DNA from: a virus
Reading direction: 5' to 3' (one strand)
Length of the DNA: 64,000 nt
IMG/VR virus record: IMGVR_UViG_3300025889_000083
Location: 32,001-96,000 of that record
Each line of letters starts with the position of its first letter. The stretch's first letter is position 1. A program made the translations under genes and the position numbers. Below, one piece after another: positions 38,982 to 47,903 of the stretch. Below the pieces are notes generated by a model. It was not told the DNA's origin. It saw nothing but the letters and a program-made list of their open reading frames with translations, and made no database searches.

Positions 38982-40280
38982 TTAGAAGGATGTAACGCTT
39001 GTCTCAAACGAATAGAGCGCATAGCGAAGCGCATCAGCCATGTGAGAGGCATGAGTGTGCTTAGGTTTTTCTTTGAGAAGATTTGGATTTGGATCCCACT
39101 GATATTGATCTAAACAGATTAGAGTTTCTTTGCATCTTTGATCTACTATTAGTTTATCATTGTCTACAATTCCTGAAACATGTCCAATTCCATCAAGTAC
39201 TGATTTTTTCGCATTAATAGTAGAAATGTCATAATTTTGAGCAAAATCAAATCGAGTTTGTTGAGCTGCAGAATCTATATAAATATAGTCAATATCCCAC
39301 TTTTCAATCATCTTTCGTATCTCTGCAGCATGTTGCTCAGTAGTACGCTCACTATCTAAGTATTCATCTAAGAGATAGTATTTATCCTTATCCCAATCAT
39401 ATCCAATTACACAAAATGCAGTAGGATCTTTGTAACCTACGTCCATTCCTGCAAAGATATCCATTTTACTGGTATCAAGTTCAGCTAGATCTTGTTGACA
39501 TTCAGCAAAGTTAAACTTCCAAACCTGTCCTTCATAGACATTGAAGTCAGCCATATACTCTTGTGAAAATTCTGCTTCAGACATAGTTTTTCTTGCCTCT
39601 GCTATATCATCTTCAGAGAGTCTTGGATTTTCGTGATAAGTAGCTTTTACACTACACCACTCTGGAAATTCATTTGAGAAACCTCTATACCAAAATTCAG
39701 CAAACCAGTTATTTCTACCACGAGGTGTAGATATAAAAAGTGCTTTAGAATTGTCTTTATCGAGTGTAGGACGAAGTGCTACATTAAAAGCATCTCTGCC
39801 GTCTACAAGTGCTGCTTCGTCAAATATAATTAGATCGTAAGACCGACCCACGACAGAATCCACTTGGTTGACAGATCCCATCCTGATTGTGGAATGATTT
39901 GAGAGTTCGATAACTTTGTCTTTGGCATTGTCTCTGAGCACTTCGAGATCAAAGTGTTTGATAAGATTACGTTGGAGATCAAAAGAGATTTGAGAGAGTG
40001 CATAGTTTGGTGACATGAGTAATACATTGCAGTTTGGTACCAGTGTGACTAATTGCCCTATAATGTTGGCAATATATGTTTTTCCTTGACGACGTGAGAC
40101 AGCAGCAACTACAAATCTATACTTAGGATTGTTAATTGCATTGATAATTGCATGTTGAGAAGAATTTGGTTGAATACCAAGTAACTCCATATAGGAGTCT
40201 ATCGGAAGTTTTATGAAACGATTCTCTTTAAATTCCATTAAGGAATCAGAGAGAATGTCTTTTCTTGAAATTTCTAACAT
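38982..40280 (-). CDS. terL: Terminase large subunit
   Basis: SRRQGKT, LIIFDEAA, ISTPRG, GMDVGYKDPTA, HMADALRY. Confidence 0.97.
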   Translation of the reverse strand: MLEISRKDILSDSLMEFKENRFIKLPIDSYMELLGIQPNSSQHAIINAINNPKYRFVVAAVSRRQGKTYIANIIGQLVTLVPNCNVLLMSPNYALSQISFDLQRNLIKHFDLEVLRDNAKDKVIELSNHSTIRMGSVNQVDSVVGRSYDLIIFDEAALVDGRDAFNVALRPTLDKDNSKALFISTPRGRNNWFAEFWYRGFSNEFPEWCSVKATYHENPRLSEDDIAEARKTMSEAEFSQEYMADFNVYEGQVWKFNFAECQQDLAELDTSKMDIFAGMDVGYKDPTAFCVIGYDWDKDKYYLLDEYLDSERTTEQHAAEIRKMIEKWDIDYIYIDSAAQQTRFDFAQNYDISTINAKKSVLDGIGHVSGIVDNDKLIVDQRCKETLICLDQYQWDPNPNLLKEKPKHTHASHMADALRYALYSFETSVTSF

Positions 40281-40502
40281 CTAGTGCAGTGTCTCAGAGT
40301 GTTCGTCATCTAATTCAAATATGTCCTTATCTATTGTGAAATTATGTAAGTAAAGAAACGCAGCAGATACTTTTAAAAAGAGTTCTTCAACTTCAGTAAG
40401 CTTTCTTACTTTTGTTATTTTCTCTAATTTAGTAGCAAGATCTGCGGCATGCAGAAATTGCTCATCTAACCATAATTTTCTTGTATCTGCTACTGTTTGC
40501 AT
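40281..40502 (-). CDS. Hypothetical protein
   Basis: Abuts terL start. Confidence 0.6.
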   Translation of the reverse strand: MQTVADTRKLWLDEQFLHAADLATKLEKITKVRKLTEVEELFLKVSAAFLYLHNFTIDKDIFELDDEHSETLH

Positions 40503-40846
40503 TAGCGTTTCCTACGTTTAATTCCTCGAACATATTTTTGGGATTTAGGTGGTGCTTTCTTTTTACCACCTTTACCCGCCCATAAAAATTTATTAGCCCA
40601 GTATGCGGGGGAAGCTTTTCCTCTAGCAATATTCTTACGATGTCTTGCTTTAAAAGACTTTCTAGCTTCTGGGCTATAGTTGTGACCCATCCCCTGTGCC
40701 CCAAATCTTATGACTTTTAATTTACCGTTTACCTTTGTGGCTACGACGGCTTTTTTTGTCTTGTGACTTGGAGTCATTTTTGGCTTGTTTAAGCCTTTCA
40801 GACCTGCTCTTCTCAGTCTTGCTTTTTCGCTTATTGTTAGTGCCAT
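40502..40846 (-). CDS. Small highly basic protein
   Basis: VIRFGAQGM...SFKARH...SPAYWA..LW. Confidence 0.75.
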   Translation of the reverse strand: MALTISEKARLRRAGLKGLNKPKMTPSHKTKKAVVATKVNGKLKVIRFGAQGMGHNYSPEARKSFKARHRKNIARGKASPAYWANKFLWAGKGGKKKAPPKSQKYVRGIKRRKR

Positions 40847-40918
40847 TTAAAATACTATTTACGACTTTATTAAGTCGTCCTGATTTCATTAATTCATGAA
40901 AATCTTTATGTATAATGT

Positions 40919-41209
40919 TTATCTACGTCTCCTGTTAGGTCTTTTTACAAGCACTTTGGAGTGAGCAGTTCTTCCACCTGTAAAAGACGGAGTTCTGGGA
41001 GATAAAGTTTTCCCATATCTTGGTCCGATCGCGCTGGGTCTTGCGCTATATCGAGCCGCTTCAACACCATATGGATTTTTGGTGTTAACTAGAGTTCCAG
41101 CTGCTGCATTCATCTCTCTTGTGATTCCGATTTTAAGCACATGCTTACGAATCTTCTGAGTGTTATGTACACCAGTTGGTCCTGATAAAAATGATCCTGT
41201 TCTTGCCAT
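40919..41209 (-). CDS. Small basic protein
   Basis: GGAG RBS; Arg-rich tail. Confidence 0.7.
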   Translation of the reverse strand: MARTGSFLSGPTGVHNTQKIRKHVLKIGITREMNAAAGTLVNTKNPYGVEAARYSARPSAIGPRYGKTLSPRTPSFTGGRTAHSKVLVKRPNRRRR

Positions 41210-41211
41210 TT

Positions 41212-41397
41212 TTAGCTCCTTGTCAGCCTATTCAGCTGTCTTGACCTCTCTGGGTCAGTTAATTGTGTGATTTCTTTAACTTGTTTCATCTTTTCTAATC
41301 TTGCTCTTTGAGACATGATTAGTAATCCCACAGCTCTTTCGATGCCGTGTAATCGTGGTGGTATAGTTAGTTTTTCCGCTAGTGTAAGTCCTTTCAT
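41212..41397 (-). CDS. Hypothetical protein
   Basis: AGGAGG RBS; 61 aa. Confidence 0.65.
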   Translation of the reverse strand: MKGLTLAEKLTIPPRLHGIERAVGLLIMSQRARLEKMKQVKEITQLTDPERSRQLNRLTRS

Positions 41398-41411
41398 GAC
41401 TCCTCCTTGTT

Positions 41412-41690
41412 TTAGCGTTTCTTTCTTCCTCTTCTTGCCTTTGTGCGGACATATGTAGGTCTGCCACCGATGCCTTGAGGTTTGGCTCGTTTTCTTCTAA
41501 CGGCGGAACGCTTCTCTGCAGCACTCATTTTTGATGCTACTCTTACTGGGACGCATTTGGGATACCCCGCACGCTTTGTCCTTGCTTTTGGTCTACCACA
41601 TGGTTGATATTTGCCTTTCTTTTTAGGTCGGCTTATATCCACCCATTTTTCTTTAAACCATTTAGTAAGTCCGCCTTGAGGTTTAGCCAT
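41412..41690 (-). CDS. Small highly basic protein
   Basis: GGLTKWFKEKWVD...CGR...YPKCVP. Confidence 0.75.
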   Translation of the reverse strand: MAKPQGGLTKWFKEKWVDISRPKKKGKYQPCGRPKARTKRAGYPKCVPVRVASKMSAAEKRSAVRRKRAKPQGIGGRPTYVRTKARRGRKKR

Positions 41691-41922
41691 CTCCTTCTAG
41701 TCCATTCGACAAGTAATTTGCCGCTGAGACTACTTCGTACTCTGAGATTGCTAATTTATTTGTCCACCATGTTGGTAAGGACTGTTCTGGATCTACGTTG
41801 TCAAGAATCATTTGACAGTGTGACATAATTGTTTTACATGCATTAATTGCTGATGCTCCATCAGTATGTCCATCTTTCTCGACTACTCTAAACTTGCCAT
41901 CTTTTGTTAGAACTGCTTTCAT
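41683..41922 (-). CDS. Hypothetical protein
   Basis: DGHTD...LPTWWTNKLA. Confidence 0.7.
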   Translation of the reverse strand: MKAVLTKDGKFRVVEKDGHTDGASAINACKTIMSHCQMILDNVDPEQSLPTWWTNKLAISEYEVVSAANYLSNGLEGDG

Positions 41923-42104
41923 TTTCGCTTCCTTGTTCCCATGCGGTATCTACCGCCTCTAGCTTTGTATGTTTTAACTAACCATCCGTTTGCATATGCA
42001 CTCGGATATACCTTAAACTTTCTTTTTGCTTCCGCTTTTACCCTAGCATAAAGTGCTGGGTTTGTTGGCACTGGTCTTTTCTTTGCTACTCTTTTACGCG
42101 CCAT
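41919..42104 (-). CDS. Small highly basic protein
   Basis: PTNPALYARVKAEAKRKFKVYPSAYA..LVKTYK..GG; ATG at 42104. Confidence 0.75.
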   Translation of the reverse strand: MARKRVAKKRPVPTNPALYARVKAEAKRKFKVYPSAYANGWLVKTYKARGGRYRMGTRKRK

Positions 42105-42105
42105 T

Positions 42106-42861
42106 TTAGTTATTATTAAGCAGTACAATATCAAATGTTGATGATATATTTGTACCTGTTGAAGCAATTGCTCTAACTTCAATATCTGTTTTTTCAGGTA
42201 AGTTAAATGGTACTTGATATATTCTTTGATGAAGTCCGCCTGGAACATCCATAACGTCTCTTGTTCTAAAAATTAAACCATTGCCTATTTCTCTTGTATA
42301 TAAGCTAGCGGTTATGGCGTCATTATAAGCACCTACTCCTATATTCCAATTTGTTAAATAACCTGTTTTTCCAGCAGGTATTGTATAGAATGACAAATTT
42401 GTTTGTCCTTGACCATATACTGTACCTGTACCAATTGTTGCAATTGTTGCCAATACTGTACCAGCACCACTTGCACCTGTTGATATTACCACAGTGCCTT
42501 TATTAGTTTGTAATGAACCTGCTGAAGCAACAAAGGCTCTATAAACTCTTAAAAATGATTTAGTTGAAACTGCACCATCTACTGTAAGTGTTTCTTGAAT
42601 TTCATTATAGTTGGCATCTAATCCTTGGACTGTAACGGTACGAGCACCTGTTCCAGATGCACTATCTTGTGCATCAGCTCCAGACACATAAACTGTTGAG
42701 GCAACTGTCAAGTAAGTATAAATGCCACCTTGTTCCCATATTGTTTCTGGAGCACCACCTACATTTGGATTTCTACCAAACTTATGTATAGACGAAGCTT
42801 TATTTATATTGCCTCTTGCAATATTAAAATAAGACTCATTTAAAAAACTATTTCTTGCCAC
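42106..42861 (-). CDS. Putative virion-associated beta-rich protein
   Basis: HKFG.N, GTGARTV.VQGLDANY, YTIPAGKTGY, LPEKTDI. Confidence 0.7.
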   Translation of the reverse strand: MARNSFLNESYFNIARGNINKASSIHKFGRNPNVGGAPETIWEQGGIYTYLTVASTVYVSGADAQDSASGTGARTVTVQGLDANYNEIQETLTVDGAVSTKSFLRVYRAFVASAGSLQTNKGTVVISTGASGAGTVLATIATIGTGTVYGQGQTNLSFYTIPAGKTGYLTNWNIGVGAYNDAITASLYTREIGNGLIFRTRDVMDVPGGLHQRIYQVPFNLPEKTDIEVRAIASTGTNISSTFDIVLLNNN

Positions 42862-43027
42862 GTTTCTTTCCTTTTGGTTTCTTGGTATTTAACTCATACC
42901 CACCTTCTACCGCATATAAAAGCCGTACCATTGCTTTAGCACGGCTTTTACTTTTAGCAGTCGCCTTCTTAGTTAGTTTCTTCCCATTTTTCTTGTAAAC
43001 AGTGTTTCCTCTAACTACGTATGGCAT
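42848..43027 (-). CDS. 59-aa basic protein (not in ORF track)
   Basis: MPYVVRGNTVYKKNGKK...PKGKKRGKK; abuts upstream stop. Confidence 0.65.
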   Translation of the reverse strand: MPYVVRGNTVYKKNGKKLTKKATAKSKSRAKAMVRLLYAVEGGYELNTKKPKGKKRGKK

Positions 43028-43204
43028 TTACTTATCCTTAGCTTTCCACACATTAAGTGCGCACCAGTCCATAAGCATGTATACTTTTTTCATAAGTCCA
43101 TCATCAACTGGTGTTGGTGTTACAGCTGCGATAAATGAACAGACAGTTACTATTGTCGGGACTACAGCAATAAATGCTCCAATCCATTCGAATAATGCTA
43201 ACAT
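43028..43204 (-). CDS. 58-aa membrane protein, holin-like
   Basis: Hydrophobic N-half, TPTPVDD motif, GGAG RBS. Confidence 0.6.
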   Translation of the reverse strand: MLALFEWIGAFIAVVPTIVTVCSFIAAVTPTPVDDGLMKKVYMLMDWCALNVWKAKDK

Positions 43205-43245
43205 ATCATTCTCCCCTAATTGCCACCTTAACGGCGACTCCTTTG

Positions 43246-43710
43246 TTACGATGTATAATCGTAAGCATGAACTCCATCTTCCAAAGGTTCGTGTGAATAA
43301 ATTGCATATTTATACATATTAGTCAACATTGGAAAAGGAGGTTTATATAGTCTAGTTAATCTAACTACACTATTATTATCTCTTGTTAAAGAGTAAACTT
43401 TTTTGGTTTCAAGATCTACACAAATAAGTGCAGCAAATTTACCATTTGTATTTTCAAACTGCTCACACTGAGCGTAGTTTGTACAGAAAACTACATAAAC
43501 ATCTTTATAATCAAATGAATATGAGTCTACTGTCCATGTTTCAGTAGCAAAATCTACTGTTAGTGTTCCTATTTTAGCAAAACAATTTATTGCTTTTTTT
43601 CTATCGGCAGGTAATGCTGGAGCAGTATTTCTCCATCTGCGTTTTGTATGAGTTCCATCAACATGTATTTTTTGATGGACTTCTTTTGCTATTGAATTAA
43701 TTGTTCTCAT
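43246..43710 (-). CDS. Hypothetical protein
   Basis: 154-aa ORF, ATGA-coupled. Confidence 0.6.
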   Translation of the reverse strand: MRTINSIAKEVHQKIHVDGTHTKRRWRNTAPALPADRKKAINCFAKIGTLTVDFATETWTVDSYSFDYKDVYVVFCTNYAQCEQFENTNGKFAALICVDLETKKVYSLTRDNNSVVRLTRLYKPPFPMLTNMYKYAIYSHEPLEDGVHAYDYTS

Positions 43711-43790
43711 TTAGGTCCGTATCTTTTAGTAGTACCTTTTCGTACTTCTTTCTTCTTGAACAAATTTTTAATCCATTGTATCAGTTTCAT
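43707..43790 (-). CDS. 27-aa basic amphipathic peptide
   Basis: AGGAG RBS; MKLIQWIKNLFKKKEVRKGTTKRYGPK. Confidence 0.5.
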   Translation of the reverse strand: MKLIQWIKNLFKKKEVRKGTTKRYGPK

Positions 43791-43885
43791 ATTTCTCCTA
43801 AAAGGCGGGGGCGGAACGACCCGAATTATATTCCGTGTTATGAATTCAATCATACTCTTTTGCTTAGTGTAAGGTCAGTCGCCCC

Positions 43886-44416
43886 CTAAAAATTGGTCAC
43901 CTCCTCGTAATCCCAGTCAATCATTAGATGAACTCGGTCAGTTGTACCATTATTCTGAGTTCCATGTAGCATGCCATGATTACATATTTCCCACATTTCT
44001 CCAACTTTCATATTTTGAGTTTCTTTTCCAACTCTAAAAATACAATCATCATTTGTTATAATTGGAATATGTATTCTACTTGAATTACTAAAGAAGTCTA
44101 ATTTATCTACATGCAGATCAATTTGTTTGCCTGCTGGTAATTTAGTCAATACACAGGTAAATATTTTTCCTGCTCCCAGTTTCTCGTTAAGAATTGCTGA
44201 AAGCTTTTCTAACTCTGGTTTGAATAAATTATAACTAGGATGTTCTTTTCTTTCTTCTAGTTTTATATCCCAAATTAATGGAATTGTGTATGTATCTTGC
44301 ATACCGAAACGTTTTTCTTGTCTCTCAGTATACTGGTGCCAGTCTAAATAGCTTACCGCTCTTAGAAAGAAACTTATATCAAAGTCTCCCCAATATTTAA
44401 ACGGTGCGCTAATCAT
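43886..44416 (-). CDS. Aspartyl/asparaginyl beta-hydroxylase family Fe(II)/2OG oxygenase
   Basis: LHVD, RIHIPIITN, H...N.GTTDRVHLMID. Confidence 0.85.
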   Translation of the reverse strand: MISAPFKYWGDFDISFFLRAVSYLDWHQYTERQEKRFGMQDTYTIPLIWDIKLEERKEHPSYNLFKPELEKLSAILNEKLGAGKIFTCVLTKLPAGKQIDLHVDKLDFFSNSSRIHIPIITNDDCIFRVGKETQNMKVGEMWEICNHGMLHGTQNNGTTDRVHLMIDWDYEEVTNF

Positions 44417-44419
44417 TAC

Positions 44420-44479
44420 TTAATAAGAACGTTTTTTCTTGCCTTTCTTTTTCTTACCCATTGATGAGTGTTTTGGCAT
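44420..44479 (-). CDS. 19-aa poly-Lys peptide
   Basis: GGAGG RBS; MPKHSSMGKKKKGKKKRSY. Confidence 0.55.
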   Translation of the reverse strand: MPKHSSMGKKKKGKKKRSY

Positions 44480-44494
44480 ATTCGTTTCCTCCTA

Positions 44495-44656
44495 CTAAGT
44501 CCAACGAGGCGGCTCGTCTGGACACTCTGCCCATCTTACTTTTGTTTTTAGGGGCATAAAGCAATTGCATATTTTGCAAGTCTTCCAGAACTTTCTGTAG
44601 TGTGGGCACTTTTGACAAATCGCTAGGCGTTTATCATGCGGTAATTTCTTCTTCAA
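44495..44656 (-). CDS. 53-aa Cys-rich protein
   Basis: GAGG RBS + TTG; RLAICQKCP...CKICNCFM..K.....ECP...RW. Confidence 0.65.
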   Translation of the reverse strand: MKKKLPHDKRLAICQKCPHYRKFWKTCKICNCFMPLKTKVRWAECPDEPPRWT

Positions 44657-45146
44657 ATTTTACCTCTAGTATTTTGTTTCCTTTCAACTGGTATAGTATA
44701 TCTAACCACCATCTTCTATCTCTTTGAAGTGTGTGAAAGTTTGTGCCATCTTTAAAATGTTTACGAGCAGGTTTAGTATCTATTCGAAAGAAAACTCCTT
44801 TTCTAGCATAACTAAAAATCTCTCGTATTGTTTGTATTGCAGTTGATGGATGAAGATGCTCCAATACATCTACTGCGATTACAATGTCAAATTTTCCTTT
44901 CGGTTTGACATTGTACTTATCGTACCCAGGATCATATAAATATACTTTTGTTCCCCAGTACTCGTGACATTGATGGTCCCTGTATTGCCATCCTTTGCCA
45001 CATCCGTAATCTAGTAAAGTCTCCGCTGAAAGTAAGTCTACTAAGTGCTTAATCTCATCTTTGACTTTGAGTGTAGCGTTTCCGCCCATGCAACCTCTCT
45101 CGCTATGGGCGACTCTGTACGCTTCCAGAAGTTCTTCTGGTGTCAT
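44634..45146 (-). CDS. Class I SAM-dependent methyltransferase
   Basis: LLDYGCGKG, YDPG, FDIVIAVDVLEHL. Confidence 0.88.
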   Translation of the reverse strand: MTPEELLEAYRVAHSERGCMGGNATLKVKDEIKHLVDLLSAETLLDYGCGKGWQYRDHQCHEYWGTKVYLYDPGYDKYNVKPKGKFDIVIAVDVLEHLHPSTAIQTIREIFSYARKGVFFRIDTKPARKHFKDGTNFHTLQRDRRWWLDILYQLKGNKILEVKFEEEITA

Positions 45147-45373
45147 CTTAAACTACTAGGTAGTTTAGATCTATGTTTTCTTTGAAGGTTTTTCTTACGA
45201 GCAAGTAATAATTTCTCTCTTGGAGAAATTTCTTTGCTTTCTTCGTGTCCTTCACCTTCGACAACTTCGCCGACTTGAACTTTGCTTGCGGCAGCTTTTA
45301 AAGCTTCTTCTATCTTATTTGCCACTAAATTCTTTCGCCTCTTTTTCAGTTGTAAATATCTCATGACCACCAT
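45143..45373 (-). CDS. Hypothetical protein (start may be the GTG nearer 45324)
   Basis: ORF in operon. Confidence 0.55.
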   Translation of the reverse strand: MVVMRYLQLKKRRKNLVANKIEEALKAAASKVQVGEVVEGEGHEESKEISPREKLLLARKKNLQRKHRSKLPSSLR

Positions 45374-45500
45374 TCCATTTGACGTGCCAGAGACCTCTTT
45401 TTAAGTATAGTTCGTAACCATCTTTGATTACCCATACTGGTTTTACTGCTTTAGTTTTTGGGCTTGCAGTAATTTCTTTTTTCTCGTACTCTAATTCCAT
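45315..45500 (-). CDS. Hypothetical protein
   Basis: ORF in operon. Confidence 0.6.
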   Translation of the reverse strand: MELEYEKKEITASPKTKAVKPVWVIKDGYELYLKRGLWHVKWNGGHEIFTTEKEAKEFSGK

Positions 45501-45502
45501 AA

Positions 45503-45697
45503 TTACCCTATTGTTATAATTGTCCAGACAGCAAGAGCGCCTGCACTAATGATACCACCAGCTGCAGCAATAAGAATATTTTGAATCTTATTTATTTCTG
45601 CATCTATATCGTCAAAACGATTAAAAGCCGTGTGCCATCTTTCGGCACAGACTGCTTCATGCTTCTCTAAATCTGATGCTACTTTTTCAACGCTCAT
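45503..45697 (-). CDS. Coiled coil plus C-terminal TM protein
   Basis: HEAVCAERW...C-terminal hydrophobic helix. Confidence 0.65.
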   Translation of the reverse strand: MSVEKVASDLEKHEAVCAERWHTAFNRFDDIDAEINKIQNILIAAAGGIISAGALAVWTIITIG

Positions 45698-45733
45698 TTC
45701 TGTTTCCCTGAACTTTTGTATAAATACTATCAA

Positions 45734-45762
45734 ATTATATCAAAAATGAACTTCAAAGTCAA
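45734..45762 (-). promoter_or_regulatory. Sigma70-type late promoter
   Basis: TTGACT-N17-TATAAT. Confidence 0.8.
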
Positions 45763-45765
45763 GTA

Positions 45766-47544
45766 TTATTTTCGGATGGTATAGATTTTGATGGGTTCTG
45801 TTTTGCCTTTAACAATAACCTCGTCTAAATATTCGTAATCGTAACCATCCACTAAACTATACTCAGAGATAATGACTCCGACATCATATTCTTTGCATAA
45901 ACTTTCTAGACGAGCAGCCAAATTAACGGCGTCCCCAAGGACAGAATAATCAAAGCGAGAGGAAGAACCGAAGTTGCCCACCACGCAAGTCCCTGTGTTG
46001 ATTCCTCCACCTGTGTTAATTTGATCAAGTCCTTCTTGCTCAAGTTGTTCATTTAACTCCTTTAGAGATTGTTTCATCTCAATAACTGCTTTTGTTGCGT
46101 TTTCTACTTGGTTATCATCATCGAGAGGTGCACCCCAAAACGCCATGATGCAGTCTCCCATGTATTTGTCTATTGTTCCGCCATGCTTCATAATGATCTT
46201 AGTCTGATTGTCTAAAAATCGATTTATGAGAGTAGTAAGTCCTTGCGGATTCTTCTGGTATTTTTCAGAGATCGGTGTAAATCCCCTGATATCGCTGAAA
46301 AGAAAAGTTAGTTGTTTCGTGACGCCACCCAATTGCAGTAATGATGGGTCTTCCTGTAATTTTTTCACCAACTCGGGACTCACATACGTCCCAAACTGTC
46401 GTTTAATCTGTTGTTTCTGTAAATATGTAGTAAAGAAACTACGGAAACTTTCAATCGCCCAGAATAAAAACCAGATCAAAATAAGACCACTTGTGGACAA
46501 TAAATAAGATGATTCTAAGGCATAAAACATTCCATAGATGGAACCTGCAATAAGTGTTACTAGGACAGGAATACTAAAATAAATACTACTAACAGCAAAC
46601 CCCAAAATAAGTAGTCCAATAATTCCTGCCACGATTGTTGCACCGCCACTCCAAGTAGGCGTAGAAAGTGCTGTGCCTTGTATAAGATTGTGTAAAGTGT
46701 TTGCTTGTATTTCATGTGGATATTTAGGTCCTGCGGGAGTTGGTACTGGATTATTAACTCCTTCTGCGGTTACTCCAAAGATAACGAATGGTGCAGCTAT
46801 TGGATTTGCCAAAAACTCTGCTGCAGACTGGCGATAGAACTTAGTGTTCCAATCCAAAAAGATGCGACCATTCGCATCTGTAATCATATTTGGATAGTTG
46901 GGTACTCTAACCCAAGATATGCCTTCTTGTGTTGTTTTTAACTGGTACGAAGGATCTCCTACGGCGACTCTTAAGAGTTCCAGAGCGAAACTCGGATACA
47001 GTTTTGACTGCACGTTTACTACGAGAGGCATACGCCGTGTTACTCCGTCTATCTCTGGTGATGCTGTTACTAGCCCGAGACCTGCCGCGTTTGCCGCTAG
47101 ATTTGACTCGGTACGTAAAATTCCTGGGAATTGATATAGCCATGGTGTTGGGTCTTCTCCTAATTGAGCTGTTCCCACATGTAGAGAAAGCTCCTCTGAC
47201 TGTGTAGAAGCTGCTGAGGCTATAACCGTTGGGGTCTGCATCATATTAGTTGCAAGTACATAGTCATTTCTGAAATCTCGAATATCGGGATCTGGCATAA
47301 GAACGCTGATCCCAGCAACATTTGATCTAGCAACTAGATCTGCATAAAGTGTTCTTGGAAGTGGGTAACCACCATAAGCTTCTACTATTTCTTCATCTAA
47401 GTCTACGATCAGTATATTTTCGTTTTGGACAGGATCTCTTGACATTACAAGATAGTCCCAAGTTTTGAGTTCTAATAATTTGAATGGAAGTGGATTCCAT
47501 ATAAAGAGTGCTCCAAGAGCAAGTGCGATTCCGAATCTTACCAT
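45766..47544 (-). CDS. CHASE2-domain class III adenylate cyclase
   Basis: N-terminal TM, IVDLDE/DGVTRRMPL CHASE2, three TMs, FSDIRGFT, DKYMGDCIM, GDAVNLAARLE. Confidence 0.93.
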   Translation of the reverse strand: MVRFGIALALGALFIWNPLPFKLLELKTWDYLVMSRDPVQNENILIVDLDEEIVEAYGGYPLPRTLYADLVARSNVAGISVLMPDPDIRDFRNDYVLATNMMQTPTVIASAASTQSEELSLHVGTAQLGEDPTPWLYQFPGILRTESNLAANAAGLGLVTASPEIDGVTRRMPLVVNVQSKLYPSFALELLRVAVGDPSYQLKTTQEGISWVRVPNYPNMITDANGRIFLDWNTKFYRQSAAEFLANPIAAPFVIFGVTAEGVNNPVPTPAGPKYPHEIQANTLHNLIQGTALSTPTWSGGATIVAGIIGLLILGFAVSSIYFSIPVLVTLIAGSIYGMFYALESSYLLSTSGLILIWFLFWAIESFRSFFTTYLQKQQIKRQFGTYVSPELVKKLQEDPSLLQLGGVTKQLTFLFSDIRGFTPISEKYQKNPQGLTTLINRFLDNQTKIIMKHGGTIDKYMGDCIMAFWGAPLDDDNQVENATKAVIEMKQSLKELNEQLEQEGLDQINTGGGINTGTCVVGNFGSSSRFDYSVLGDAVNLAARLESLCKEYDVGVIISEYSLVDGYDYEYLDEVIVKGKTEPIKIYTIRK

Positions 47545-47903
47545 GATATATTAAAATGTACTCCCATGCTTTCGTGATTTATTACCACGCCCCACTGAAC
47601 TATATTTGCTGCAATCAGTCCGTATTTTCGATTGTCTCTACTATCATTAAATTTGTAGAGTACATATGATCCTAATATTTTTTGTGCGAGTATTCGGTCT
47701 GGATGTGGACGATTTGAAAATAATGGATTACTTTCCATATATTTTCCATTTTTGAAAGCATCTTTTGATTGTTCGTAGTCTATCCAGCTTCCTATATTGT
47801 AAGCATAGTATAAGTTTCGTTCTGTTTGTGTCCAATCATTCAGACTGCCGTAAGATAATAGAGGAACCGCCGCTATTAACCACAATATTAATGTCTTTGC
47901 CAT
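47538..47903 (-). CDS. Exported/membrane hypothetical protein
   Basis: Signal peptide MAKTLILWL; ESNPL motif; ends FNISW. Confidence 0.65.
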   Translation of the reverse strand: MAKTLILWLIAAVPLLSYGSLNDWTQTERNLYYAYNIGSWIDYEQSKDAFKNGKYMESNPLFSNRPHPDRILAQKILGSYVLYKFNDSRDNRKYGLIAANIVQWGVVINHESMGVHFNISW

